Positions 9,016 to 18,696 of a stretch of 30,155 nucleotides of DNA are shown here, in pieces. Both the position numbers and the translations under genes were made by a program. This stretch comes from Armatimonadota bacterium (lineage in GTDB: Bacteria; Sysuimicrobiota; Sysuimicrobiia; Sysuimicrobiales; Humicultoraceae). The notes under the pieces were generated by a model. The model was not told the origin of the DNA and did not search any database. It saw only the letters and a list, made by a program, of their open reading frames with translations. The stretch's first letter is position 1; every line of letters begins with the position of its first letter. Location of the stretch: positions 1 to 30,155 of the forward strand of contig JBQTJP010000061.1 in the NCBI GenBank assembly GCA_052386995.1, read 5' to 3'.

Positions 9016-9915
9016 TCATGGTCTTACCGGAATCCCGACCTCGCCCTTCAGACGGGGATCGAGGGCATCGCGAAGTCCATCGCCGAACAGGTTGAACGCC
9101 AGCACCATGAGCATGATGGCCGCCCCGGGGACGATCGAGATCCAGGGCGCCGTCTGCAGGAACTTCGTCCCCTCGGCCGCCATGTTCCCCCAGGTTGGGG
9201 TGGGCGGCCCAACCCCCAGCCCGAGGAAACTCAGGCTCGACTCGGTGAGGATCGCCGTGGAGATGCGCAGGGTCGAGAGGACGACGATGGGCGAGAGGCT
9301 GTTGGGCAGGATATGCCGGCGCATCACCCGGCCGTGTGCGGCCCCCAGCGCCCGCGCGGCCTCGACGTAGTCACGGCTGCGCTGGGCGAGCACTTCGCCG
9401 CGCACCAGCCGGGCGAACGGCGGCACGCTGGAAATCCCCACGGCCAGCATGAGGTTGAATAGACCGGCGCCCAGGAACGCCACGATGGCGATCGCCAGCA
9501 GGATCAGCGGGAAGGCCATGAGGACGTCCACCGTGCGCATCAGCACCTGATCGAGCAGGCCCCCGTAGTAGCCTCCGAGCAGTCCGACCAACGATCCCAA
9601 GCCCGCGGCGATCGCGACCGAGATCACACCGACCAGAATCGAGATGCGGGCTCCATAGACGAGTCGCGCGAACAGGTCGCGCCCGAAGTTGTCGGTGCCC
9701 AGCAGGTGCCCGGGGGTCCCCGGAGGCTTCAAGCGTTCGAGCAGGCGCTGCTGCAGTGGATCGCGAGGAGCGACCCAGGGCGCGAGCGCGGCCGCGACGC
9801 CGATCGCGACCACAACGATCAGTCCCAGGGCGGCGCTGCGGCGCGCCCACAGCGTGCGCGCGGCGTGCCGCAGGGGCCCGGAACCCGGCGAGGGCTGCGC
9901 CCCCATGCGGGGCAC
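9016..9915 (-). CDS. Peptide/nickel ABC transporter permease (DppC/OppC-like)
   Basis: HLLGTDNFGRDLFARLVYGARIS, EAA loop DYVEAARALGA, RHILPN, LSFLGLG, NLFGDGLRDALDPR. Start is GTG 9915 or ATG 9906. Confidence 0.95.
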   Translation of the reverse strand: MPRMGAQPSPGSGPLRHAARTLWARRSAALGLIVVVAIGVAAALAPWVAPRDPLQQRLLERLKPPGTPGHLLGTDNFGRDLFARLVYGARISILVGVISVAIAAGLGSLVGLLGGYYGGLLDQVLMRTVDVLMAFPLILLAIAIVAFLGAGLFNLMLAVGISSVPPFARLVRGEVLAQRSRDYVEAARALGAAHGRVMRRHILPNSLSPIVVLSTLRISTAILTESSLSFLGLGVGPPTPTWGNMAAEGTKFLQTAPWISIVPGAAIMLMVLAFNLFGDGLRDALDPRLKGEVGIPVRP

Positions 9916-9916
9916 G

Positions 9917-10861
9917 TTACGAATACCGGATGCGAGGGTCGACAAAAGTGTAGCTCAGGTCCACGAGCAGATTCACGATCAGGATCCCGAAGGCGAACGT
10001 CAGGATCGCGCCCTGCACCATCGGATAGTCACGCGCGTAGATCGCGTCCACGACGAGCTTACCGAGGCCGGGCCGGGCGAACACCGTCTCCATTACCACG
10101 GCGCCCCCCAACAGGTAGGCGACGTCGAGCCCGACGATCGTGAGAATCGGGATCGCCGCGTTGCGCAGGGTGTGGCGGTACACGATGGTGCGGCCGGCCA
10201 GGCCTTTCGCCCGCGCCGTCCGCACGTAGTCCTGCTGAAGCACCTCCAGCATTGACGACCGGGTCATACGGGCGATCAGCGCGGCCGACCGCACCCCGAC
10301 CGCGACGGCCGGGAGCACCAGGTGGGCCAGCAGGCTGCGCCAGTCTCCCCACGTGCCGGCCCCGAACACGGGGAACCAGCCGAGTTTGTAGGCCAGAAAG
10401 TAAATCAGCAAGATGCCGAACAAGAAACTCGGGGCCGAGAGCCACAACATGGCGATGGTCGTCGTCACGTAATCGGTGATCGAATTGCGTCGAACCGCCG
10501 CCACGATGCCCGAGGGCACTCCCATGAGCACAGCGAGGAGCACGCCGGCGGCGGCCAGCACGACGGTGAACGGCGCCTGGACTACAATCTCACTCATGAC
10601 CGGTTGATTGGTGCGGAATGACCGGCCCAGATCGCCCCGGATCACGCTGGCCACGTAGGTCAGGTACTGCACCGGCAGCGGCCTGTCCAGCCCAAGGCGC
10701 AAGCGGAGATCCGCGAGCACCTGGGGGGTGACGCCGGCGTAGTCCCCAAGGAGAAGCTCGGCGGGATCGCCCGGCGCCACGTGAATCAGAAGAAAGGCCA
10801 GGGTGACGACGCCGAGTGCGGTCGGAATCGTGGCCAGCAGGCGCCGCACGAGGTAGGCCAC
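9917..10861 (-). CDS. Peptide/nickel ABC transporter permease (DppB/OppB-like)
   Basis: YLVRRLL, APGDPA, GDLGRS, DYVRTARAKGL, HTLRNA, ETVFARPGLG, RDYPMVQG, DPRIRY. Confidence 0.95.
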   Translation of the reverse strand: MAYLVRRLLATIPTALGVVTLAFLLIHVAPGDPAELLLGDYAGVTPQVLADLRLRLGLDRPLPVQYLTYVASVIRGDLGRSFRTNQPVMSEIVVQAPFTVVLAAAGVLLAVLMGVPSGIVAAVRRNSITDYVTTTIAMLWLSAPSFLFGILLIYFLAYKLGWFPVFGAGTWGDWRSLLAHLVLPAVAVGVRSAALIARMTRSSMLEVLQQDYVRTARAKGLAGRTIVYRHTLRNAAIPILTIVGLDVAYLLGGAVVMETVFARPGLGKLVVDAIYARDYPMVQGAILTFAFGILIVNLLVDLSYTFVDPRIRYS

Positions 10862-10891
10862 GCGCCGCTCCGGTGCGCTCGGGCTCGCGGA

Positions 10892-12448
10892 TTAGTTCCG
10901 TTCGAACTTGACGAACTCGAACCGCGTCATCCAGTGTGCGGTGTTGGGGGCGTGTCCCTTCTGGTTCTTGTGATAGGCCGTCACGTAGACGGGATTGAAC
11001 AGCGGCAGGAACGGGACATCGCCGGCCACCTTCTTCTGAATGTCCACGAGGACACGGGCCCGCTCGCGGGCGTTGATCGCGCGCCGCTGGGCCTCGATCA
11101 TGTCGTCGATCGCACCGTAGTACGATTGATTGGCTCCGGGCGGGAAGCTCGCCGAGTGAAAATGCTCGGTCAGGAACTGGTCGGGATCAAACCGGGTGGT
11201 CCCGCTGACGGTGATGTCATAATCGCCGGCCTGACGCCGGGCCGTCCACGCGCCCGCTTCGAGCTTGATGAGCTGCAGGTCGACGCCGATGTCTTTGAAC
11301 CACTGCTGCATGGCCGTGACGATCAGGTCGGCGTACTCGGCAGGCTCGTAGACCACATTGATCCTGAATCCATTGGGATAGCCGGCCTCGGCCAGGAGCT
11401 GCCTGGCCCGCTGCACGTTGTACGGGTACTTCTCCACGTCGTTGGTATGACCGATCATTCCCGGCGGGATCACGCTGTAGGCCGGCGAGCCCAGGCCTTC
11501 GAGGACTGTCCGAATGAAGGTGTCACGGTCCACCGCATGGGCCAGCGCGCGCCGCACGCGCACATCATCCACGGGCTTGCGCCGGGTATTCATTGTAAAC
11601 TCCCACCATCCGGTCGTCGGGGTCGCGGTGAATGCCAGGTTCAGATGCCGCTGAAGCGCCTTGTAGACCTGGGGGTCGCGGACGATCATGTGGTTGATCT
11701 CGCCCTTCTGCAAGGCCAGGCCCGCCACGTTCTCATCGGGCACGACCTTCCATATGATCCGCTTGATCGGCGAGGCACCGCGGAAGTACTCCGGAAACGC
11801 TTCCAGCACGAGCTCTTGCCGCGGAGTATAACTCACGAACTGGAACGGCCCGGTGCCGACCGGATTGAACTGGAAGCGATCGCCCAACCGCTCGACCGCC
11901 CTCTGGCTCACGATGAACCCGGGCCGAAAGGCCAGCACGCCGGCCACGAAGCTGGCCGACGGCGCCTTGAGATTGACGCGCACGGTGTAGTCGTCGACGG
12001 CTTCCACCGTATCGACGATCAGCATCGACGCCCGATACCGGGATCTGGTCGCCGGGTTCAGAATGCGCTCGAAACTGTATTTGACGTCTTTGGCGGTGAC
12101 GTCCCCGAAGCCGTGGTGGAACTTGACCCCTTTTCTCAGGAAAAACGTATAGACCTGGCCGTTCGGCGAGACGCGCCAGCGCTCGGCCAGGTCCGGCTCC
12201 ACATCGAGAGAGTTGACTTTGTAGCGGACCAGGCCGGAGAAGACGTTGAGCGCGATCTGATAGTCGGGCGATCCGGGGATGTGCGCGGGGTCGATGTTGC
12301 GAAAGTCGCGAGGGTACGCCGAGATGATGTTCGGCGCCAGCGAGAATCGCGCGGACTGCTGGCCGGAGACCGAACCCACACCCACTGCCAGGAGCACAAG
12401 ACACAGCAATACAGGAAGCAAACGCCTCCGCTCACCGGGCATCATCAT
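10892..12448 (-). CDS. ABC transporter substrate-binding protein, family 5 (DppA-like)
   Basis: Signal peptide (MMMPGERRRLLPVLLCLVLLAVGVGSVSG), PDLAERW, LRKGVKFH, PVGTGPF, VRVRRALAHAVDR, ARQLLAEAGY. GAGAGG before ATG 12448. Confidence 0.95.
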   Translation of the reverse strand: MMMPGERRRLLPVLLCLVLLAVGVGSVSGQQSARFSLAPNIISAYPRDFRNIDPAHIPGSPDYQIALNVFSGLVRYKVNSLDVEPDLAERWRVSPNGQVYTFFLRKGVKFHHGFGDVTAKDVKYSFERILNPATRSRYRASMLIVDTVEAVDDYTVRVNLKAPSASFVAGVLAFRPGFIVSQRAVERLGDRFQFNPVGTGPFQFVSYTPRQELVLEAFPEYFRGASPIKRIIWKVVPDENVAGLALQKGEINHMIVRDPQVYKALQRHLNLAFTATPTTGWWEFTMNTRRKPVDDVRVRRALAHAVDRDTFIRTVLEGLGSPAYSVIPPGMIGHTNDVEKYPYNVQRARQLLAEAGYPNGFRINVVYEPAEYADLIVTAMQQWFKDIGVDLQLIKLEAGAWTARRQAGDYDITVSGTTRFDPDQFLTEHFHSASFPPGANQSYYGAIDDMIEAQRRAINARERARVLVDIQKKVAGDVPFLPLFNPVYVTAYHKNQKGHAPNTAHWMTRFEFVKFERN

Positions 12449-12601
12449 GATCCTCTCGTGTGCGAATTGTGGAGGACTTACTTGCTGTTTTCCTGAATTC
12501 CTCCCCATCGAGATCTCTCGCGGTCTTCGGACGGCCCCAGCAGGTGCATGGGCTTCCACGTTTCCTGGGATGCAGACGATCCGCTACAGCATGGTGCGGA
12601 C

Positions 12602-13612
12602 ATGATGGCGCCGCGCTGGCGATGTCTGCGCACAGAAGCACGGAATGCGCCCGGGTATGACATCAGGATCGAGCGATCGGTGCTGGAGCCCCACGGGGTG
12701 CACATCGAGTCGGTGGACATGGACGATCCCGACGCCTTCGCGCGTGTGGCACCGGCGGCCGACGCCGTGCTCCATATGCGCGGGATGCTCGACGCCGACC
12801 GCATCGCGCTGCTGACCCACTGCCGGATCATCGCTCACTACGGAACCGGGCTCGATCGCGTTGATGTCGCCGAAGCCACGCGGCGCGGCATCTGGGTGAC
12901 CAGCGGCCCGCGCTACGCCGTGGATGAAGTCTCGTCGCACGCAATCGCCCTGCTCCTCGCCGTCGCCAGGAAGCTCGTCGCGGCGGACCGCGCGGTCCGG
13001 GCGGGGCAATGGCACATCAAGCCCATCGTGCCCCTCCGCCGCATCGCCGGCCGCACGCTGGGACTCCTGGGCTTAGGCAATATCGCCCGCGCTACGGCGC
13101 GGAAGGGACGGGCGCTGGGTCTGGAGGTCATCGCGCATGATCCCTACCTAGCCGCTGAGGTCTTCGTCTCGGAAGAGGTCCGCTCGGTCGACTTCACGAC
13201 CTGCTTGGCGCTCGCCGATTTTCTCTCGGTCCACCTGCCTCTCACCGCGGAAACGCGCGGCAGGGTGGACCGGGAGGCCCTGGCCGCGATGAAACCGGGC
13301 GCCGTCTTGATCAACACGTCGCGCGGCGGTGTCATCGACGAGCCGGCGCTCGTCGATGCCCTGCGTACCGGGCCTCTGGCAGGCGCCGGACTGGACGTGT
13401 TCGCGCGCGAACCCCTGCCGGTCGATCACCCGCTCCTGCAGTTGCCCACCGTCACGGTGTCCGGTCACATCGGCTTTTACTCAGAAGAGTCGATCGAGCA
13501 GATGCAGCGCGACGCCGCCGAGCAGGTCGTGCTTGCCCTGCAGGGGACGCCTCCTCCGTTCCTGGTGAACGCGACCGCGGTGGAAGCTTCCAGTCCCAGG
13601 CCTGGGCGATGA
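12602..13612 (+). CDS. D-isomer-specific 2-hydroxyacid dehydrogenase
   Basis: HYGTGLD, GLLGLGNIA, AHDP, HLPLTAET, INTSRGG, AGLDVFAREP, SGHIGFYS; the Arg/Glu/His catalytic set is intact. Start is uncertain (12602 preferred over 12548). Confidence 0.93.
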   Translation: MMAPRWRCLRTEARNAPGYDIRIERSVLEPHGVHIESVDMDDPDAFARVAPAADAVLHMRGMLDADRIALLTHCRIIAHYGTGLDRVDVAEATRRGIWVTSGPRYAVDEVSSHAIALLLAVARKLVAADRAVRAGQWHIKPIVPLRRIAGRTLGLLGLGNIARATARKGRALGLEVIAHDPYLAAEVFVSEEVRSVDFTTCLALADFLSVHLPLTAETRGRVDREALAAMKPGAVLINTSRGGVIDEPALVDALRTGPLAGAGLDVFAREPLPVDHPLLQLPTVTVSGHIGFYSEESIEQMQRDAAEQVVLALQGTPPPFLVNATAVEASSPRPGR

Positions 13613-15639
13613 ACGGCCTGCGCGTCGGCGTCGAGGTCGGCGGGACGTTCACGGACTGGGTGGTGACCCGGGGCGAACGGGTCATCCGTGTCGGGAAGGT
13701 CCTCTCCACGCCCTCGCGGCCCGAGCTGGGCGTGATGAATGCCCTGCAGGACGCCGGCGTCCCGCTCGCCCAGCTAGATGCGCTCGTCCACGGGTCGACG
13801 ATCGCCACCAACATCGTCGTGGAGCGCAAGGGCGCGGTCACCGCGCTCATCACCACCGCCGGATTTCGCGACGTCCTCGCCATCCAGCGGCAGGCGAAGC
13901 AGCGACTCTTCGATCTGTTCTACAAGCACCCCGAGCCGCTCGTGCCGCGACACCGGGTGTTGGAAGTGGCCGAAAAGGTCGCCCCCGATGGGTCCATTCG
14001 CCAGCCACTGCTGCTCGACGGCGTGCTGGATCGGCTCGAGCGCCTCATTCGCGACGATGGCGTACAGTCGGTCGCCGTCTGCCTGCTGCACGCGTACGCG
14101 AACCCGGCCCACGAGATCGCCATCGAACGGGCGCTGGCGGCGCGCTTCCCCGGGCTGCACATCTCGCTGTCCTCGGACGTGCTGCCCCGATTCCGCGAGT
14201 ACGAGCGCACGTCGACCGTCGCCATGTCGGCCTACACCAAACCGGTGGTGGACTGCTATCTGGGGCAGCTCGAACAACACCTGGCGGGGTCAGGGTTCCG
14301 GGGCCACCTCAACATCATCCAGGCCAACGGCGGCAGCATCCCGGCTCGGGCGATCCGGCGGCACGCCGTGAAAATGATCCTCTCGGGTCCGGCGGCCGGC
14401 GTCATTGGAGCGACGGCGATCGCGGCCGCATCGGGCTTTCCCGACATCATCACGTTCGACATGGGTGGAACGAGCACGGATATCTGCCTGGTCAACGGTG
14501 GGGAACCGAACGTCACCACGGACTACAAGATTGCGGGGCTGCCGCTGGCCCTGCCGATGATCGACATCGTCACCGTGGGGGCCGGCGGTGGGTCTATCGC
14601 CGCCGCCGACGCGGGCAAGATTATGACGGTCGGCCCGGCTTCAGCCGGCGCAGATCCCGGACCGGCATGCTACGACAAGGGCGGGGAGCACTTCACGGTC
14701 ACCGATGCGAACCTGGTGCTGGGGTTCATCCGGCCGCGCGCGTTCTTCGGCGGACGGCTCCGCCTGAACATGGAGGCGGCCCGCGCGGCCCTGGAAGGCC
14801 TGGCGGCGTCGCTCGCGATGGATCCCATGGAGAGCGCGGAGGGCGTCCGCCGTGTGGTCAACTTCACGATGGCGCAGGCGATGCGGCTGGTCTCGATCGA
14901 GCGCGGACACGATCCTCGCGACTACACGGTGGTGGCGTACGGCGGCGGCGGGCCGCTCCACGCCGCGCAGCTGGCCGACGAGCTCGGCTGCGCGCAGGTG
15001 CTGGTGCCCTACAACCCGGGCATCATCTCGGCGTTCGGTTTGCTCCTCGCCGGCACGCAGCAGGACTTCATGGTGACGCGCATCTCCCACGCCGACGGCG
15101 CGACCAGGGAAAAGCTGCTGGCACACTTTGCCGAGCTGGAAGCGCGCGCGCGAAGCGAGTTCGAGAGCTATGGGCTCGCCTGGGCCTCCGTCGAGCGCCG
15201 GTACTTCCTGGACATGCGATACATCGGCCAGGCCTACGAGCTGACGATGCCGGTGGACGAGTTTGTCAGCGGCGAGGCCGCGCTGGACCTCCTCGGGCCA
15301 CGATTTCATGAGTTCCACCGCCTGCGCTATGGCCACGCGTCCAGCCGGGAGGGGGTGGAGATCGTCAATGTCCGCCTGACGGCAGCGCACCGCACCACCG
15401 TGCAGCGCATGAGCGGCACAGCCGACCCCCCGACCTCAGACGTCGTCGTCGAGTCGGCGCCGGTGCGCCTCAACGGACGCCTCGAGGAGTGCGCGTTCTA
15501 CCAGCGCGAGACGCTGCCGGAGGGCTACAGGCTGCGGGGCCCGGCCGTCGTGGAGGAAGCCACCGCGACGACGTTCGTACCAGACGGATGGGCCGCCACC
15601 CTGGGGGCCGGACGGACCCTGCTCATGAGGCGGACGTAG
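13609..15639 (+). CDS. Hydantoinase A / oxoprolinase family ATP-binding subunit
   Basis: GVEVGGTFTD, HGSTIATN, REYERTST, SGPAAG, DMGGTSTD, VGAGGGS, AGADPGPACY, GGGGPLH, MRYIGQAYEL. ATGA overlap with the upstream gene. Confidence 0.95.
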   Translation: MNGLRVGVEVGGTFTDWVVTRGERVIRVGKVLSTPSRPELGVMNALQDAGVPLAQLDALVHGSTIATNIVVERKGAVTALITTAGFRDVLAIQRQAKQRLFDLFYKHPEPLVPRHRVLEVAEKVAPDGSIRQPLLLDGVLDRLERLIRDDGVQSVAVCLLHAYANPAHEIAIERALAARFPGLHISLSSDVLPRFREYERTSTVAMSAYTKPVVDCYLGQLEQHLAGSGFRGHLNIIQANGGSIPARAIRRHAVKMILSGPAAGVIGATAIAAASGFPDIITFDMGGTSTDICLVNGGEPNVTTDYKIAGLPLALPMIDIVTVGAGGGSIAAADAGKIMTVGPASAGADPGPACYDKGGEHFTVTDANLVLGFIRPRAFFGGRLRLNMEAARAALEGLAASLAMDPMESAEGVRRVVNFTMAQAMRLVSIERGHDPRDYTVVAYGGGGPLHAAQLADELGCAQVLVPYNPGIISAFGLLLAGTQQDFMVTRISHADGATREKLLAHFAELEARARSEFESYGLAWASVERRYFLDMRYIGQAYELTMPVDEFVSGEAALDLLGPRFHEFHRLRYGHASSREGVEIVNVRLTAAHRTTVQRMSGTADPPTSDVVVESAPVRLNGRLEECAFYQRETLPEGYRLRGPAVVEEATATTFVPDGWAATLGAGRTLLMRRT

Positions 15640-17316
15640 ATGGACCCCATCCTGCTGTCGATCATCGGGCACGCGTATGCGGCGACCGCGGAGGAGATGG
15701 GGGTCAATCTCTATCGCTCGGCGCATTCGACCATCGTCCGAGAAGTCCGCGACATGGCCACGGCGCTGTTTGACGCCGACGGCAACACCGTCGCGATGGC
15801 CAACTGGATCCCCATGCTGCTCAATGCGATGGAGCCGGCCGCGCAGGCCCTGCGGAAGCACTACGACTTCCGGCGCCTCGGGCCCGATGAGGCGCTGCTG
15901 ACCAACGACCCGTTCGAAGGCGGCCAGCACGTCAACGACATCCTGCTCTTCACCCCGATCATCGTCGACGACGCCGTCATCGGGCTCTCGTGCGCCAACG
16001 TGCACCATCTCGACGTCGGCGGCGGCTCTCCGGCCAACAACGCGCAGGCCACCGAGGTGTTCCAGGAAGGCATCGTCTTTCCACCGATGAAGATCGCGCT
16101 GGGCCGGGATTGGGAAGACACTCCTTTTGGGAAGTTCCTCCGCGCCAACATCCGCGTCCCGGAGAAGACCATCCCCGACTTCAACGCGCAGATCGCGGCG
16201 TGCCGTACCGGTGAAGCCCGCGTTGCCGCGCTGTGTCGCAAGTACGGCACGGCCGTGATCCAGGAGTTTCAACAGGAGATTCAGCGCTACTCGGAGCGCA
16301 TCGTGCGGGCCGCGATCGACGAGATGCCGGATGGTGACTACACCGGCGAAGCGTCGATGGAGGACGATGGCACGGGCGCGACCGGACCCTTCACGGTCCG
16401 CGTGACGGTGCGGATCCGCGGCTCGGATATGATCCTGGACTTCACGGGCACGGACCCCCAGGCCCGTGGCTTCATCAATATTCCGGTGGCCTCAACCTAT
16501 GCGACGTGCCGGACCACGATCATGTCGATCCTGCAGGCGGGACACCTGCTGGTGAATGCCGGGGCCTTTCGCCCGATTCAGGTGGTGGCCCCGTACGGCA
16601 CGCTCGTGAACCCTGCCCGGCCGGCCGCCACCCGGGCCCGCACCAGCACCTGCTACAAGATCTTCGACGCCGTCAACTACGCGCTCGCCCCGGTGCTTCC
16701 CAAAAAGGTGATCGCGCCGGGGTTCGATTGTCAGACCGGGATCTCGATGGCCCGGCGCAGTGAGGGACGGTTCAGCGTGCTCTCCGAGGTTCTCGGCGCC
16801 GGCGTCGGCGCGCTCTACAACCAGGACGGCGCCGACGGGATGATCATGCATCTCACCAACGGCATGAACACGCCGGTCGAGTCCGTCGAGATCGAATTCC
16901 CCTTCCTCGAGATTCTTCGGTACGGGCTCGTCCAGGACTCCGGCGGGCCGGGCAGGTTCCGCGGGGGACTGGCGATGGAACGGAAGTATCGGATCCTTGC
17001 CGACGGGATCAATTTCGGCCTGCACTCCGACCGCCATCGTCACTCGGCGCCGGGACTCTTCGAGGGCCGGGGCGGCGCGCCCGGCGCGTGCTTCGTAGAG
17101 CGTGGCGGCCAGGTGATTCACCTCGGATCGAAGGTCTCAACGGTCTTGAGGGCCGGCGACATCTTGACCGTGCGATCCGGCGGTGGAGCCGGATTCGGCG
17201 CGACGCGCGAGCGAGATCCCAAGCAGGTCGAGCGCGACCTTCGCGAGGAACGCATCAGCCCCGAGCACGCCGCCACCGTTTACGGATTCAGTACCCGCGC
17301 GGGCGCGCGCGCGTAG
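15640..17316 (+). CDS. Hydantoinase B / oxoprolinase family subunit
   Basis: AHSTIVRE, NDPFEGGQHVND, HHLDVGG, FQEG, DFTGTDPQ, NTPVE, DSGGPGRFRGG, SGGGAGFG. Directly abuts subunit A. Confidence 0.95.
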   Translation: MDPILLSIIGHAYAATAEEMGVNLYRSAHSTIVREVRDMATALFDADGNTVAMANWIPMLLNAMEPAAQALRKHYDFRRLGPDEALLTNDPFEGGQHVNDILLFTPIIVDDAVIGLSCANVHHLDVGGGSPANNAQATEVFQEGIVFPPMKIALGRDWEDTPFGKFLRANIRVPEKTIPDFNAQIAACRTGEARVAALCRKYGTAVIQEFQQEIQRYSERIVRAAIDEMPDGDYTGEASMEDDGTGATGPFTVRVTVRIRGSDMILDFTGTDPQARGFINIPVASTYATCRTTIMSILQAGHLLVNAGAFRPIQVVAPYGTLVNPARPAATRARTSTCYKIFDAVNYALAPVLPKKVIAPGFDCQTGISMARRSEGRFSVLSEVLGAGVGALYNQDGADGMIMHLTNGMNTPVESVEIEFPFLEILRYGLVQDSGGPGRFRGGLAMERKYRILADGINFGLHSDRHRHSAPGLFEGRGGAPGACFVERGGQVIHLGSKVSTVLRAGDILTVRSGGGAGFGATRERDPKQVERDLREERISPEHAATVYGFSTRAGARA

Positions 17317-17324
17317 CGCCGCTC

Positions 17325-18620
17325 ATGCGCCTCCGCCGCCTGTGGCCGGTGTTCCTGGTCGGCACGAGCCACATGGTGGCGGTCGCCGCTATGACACCGC
17401 TGATCCCTCTGTTAGCGGTCGCCCGCGGCGCGTCGCCGGCGATGGTCGGGGTCGTGGCCGGGTCGGCGGCGGTCCTGCCGCTTCTTTTCGGCGTGTGGAC
17501 CGGCGCCGGCGCCGACGTCGTCGGCGCGCGGCGCCTGACGCTCGGTGGAAGTCTCCTCCTGACCGCGAGCGTCACGCTGATCGCGGCATCGTCGGCACTG
17601 TGGGTCCTCGTCGCGGGAGCCGCCATCGTGGGACTCGCGAACAACGTCTTGATTCTGGCCAGTCAGACGTCCGTGGCTCAGGCGAGCCGGAGGCAGCACA
17701 GCGACAGGAACTTCGGCTTCTTCGCGTTCTGGATATCCGTCGGGCAACTGGTGGGGCCGTACCTGGGCGGAACGCTGGCGGACGCTGCGTCGATCCAGAC
17801 GGCGCTCTACGCGTCCGCCGCGCTCACGCTGGTCCCTGCGTTTCTCGCGCTGCTGCTGCCCGGCCCGCCGCGGGCGCGTGTGCGGCGCGAGTCGCCTTTG
17901 CGCGCGCTTGACGCCTACCGGGCCGCCTGGACGCTCGTCAGGCGGGGAGACCTGCGGTTCGTGCTCTCCATCAGCTTCGTGATCATCTTCGCCTGGAGCA
18001 TCAAGTCCAGCTTCTATCCGCTCTACCTGCAGTCGGTTGGGTTGTCGAAGGCCTCCATCGGGCTCATCTTCTCCCTGCTCGGCGGTGGGTCCATGATCGT
18101 GCGCCCGCTGGTCGGCGCGGCCGCGGCGCGCTTTGGCCGGCGAAGGATCTTACTGTGCGCGGTGCTCCTCGCGAACGTGGCCATCGGCACGATTCCATTT
18201 CTCAGGCATTTCGGGGGCCTGGCGATCGCCGCCGTAGCGACCGGCATCGCCTGGGGGTTCACTCAGCCGCTGACGATGAGCCTGATGGCGGGCAGCGTCG
18301 AATCCCGCGAACGTGGTCTGGCCCTCAGCCTGCGGATGACGAGCAACCGGCTGGCGGAGGTCACGAGTCCAATGATCTTCGCGACCCTGGTGAGCCTGGC
18401 GGGCCTGGGCAGCGCGTTCTTCATGTCCGCCGCCGCTCTCGCGGCGGGTGTGCTGGTGATCAGTCGCGGCGATTTCGACTCCGCGGCCGGTGTGGAACCG
18501 CGCGGCGTGGCGCCGTCGGGCGCGGCGCTGCAAAGCGATAGACCGGCTCGGCCGCTTCGCCTGCCCACCGACGCTGCTCAACCAGCGCCGCCTTCACCCG
18601 CTCGACCTCATCGCGGATAA
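17325..18620 (+). CDS. Major facilitator superfamily transporter
   Basis: About 12 hydrophobic segments; motif-A-like GAGADVVGARR and GAAAARFGRRR. Start set at ATG 17325, 8 nt after the hydantoinase B stop. The tail overlaps the convergent gene. Confidence 0.9.
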   Translation: MRLRRLWPVFLVGTSHMVAVAAMTPLIPLLAVARGASPAMVGVVAGSAAVLPLLFGVWTGAGADVVGARRLTLGGSLLLTASVTLIAASSALWVLVAGAAIVGLANNVLILASQTSVAQASRRQHSDRNFGFFAFWISVGQLVGPYLGGTLADAASIQTALYASAALTLVPAFLALLLPGPPRARVRRESPLRALDAYRAAWTLVRRGDLRFVLSISFVIIFAWSIKSSFYPLYLQSVGLSKASIGLIFSLLGGGSMIVRPLVGAAAARFGRRRILLCAVLLANVAIGTIPFLRHFGGLAIAAVATGIAWGFTQPLTMSLMAGSVESRERGLALSLRMTSNRLAEVTSPMIFATLVSLAGLGSAFFMSAAALAAGVLVISRGDFDSAAGVEPRGVAPSGAALQSDRPARPLRLPTDAAQPAPPSPARPHRG

Positions 18621-18696
18621 ACGCCAGGTCGGCGTCATCGACGGCCAGCCCCTGGCGGGCGGCTTCGCCGCGAAGCCATTCAAGATCAACCGGCAT
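18460..18696 (-). CDS. Small amidase-associated protein (AtzG/HpxX/GatC-like)
   Basis: AGGAGG RBS and an 11-nt overlap with the amidase end. The pattern AARQGLAVDDADL...ERV..AL...EPVYRF resembles small amidase partner subunits. Confidence 0.65.
   Translation of the reverse strand: MPVDLEWLRGEAARQGLAVDDADLAFIRDEVERVKAALVEQRRWAGEAAEPVYRFAAPRPTAPRRAVPHRPRSRNRRD

Noticed and set aside
10781..12496. 571-aa + strand ORF and other long antisense ORFs (e.g. 4358-5398, 7255-8187, 21604-22611, 23678-24730)
   Set aside because: They mirror well-supported genes on the opposite strand and show no motifs; such shadow ORFs are expected from high-GC codon bias.
13627..13656. Hydantoinase A has EVGGTFTD rather than DxGGTFTD
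   Set aside because: Conservative Asp-to-Glu change with all other motifs intact; too weak to imply new function.
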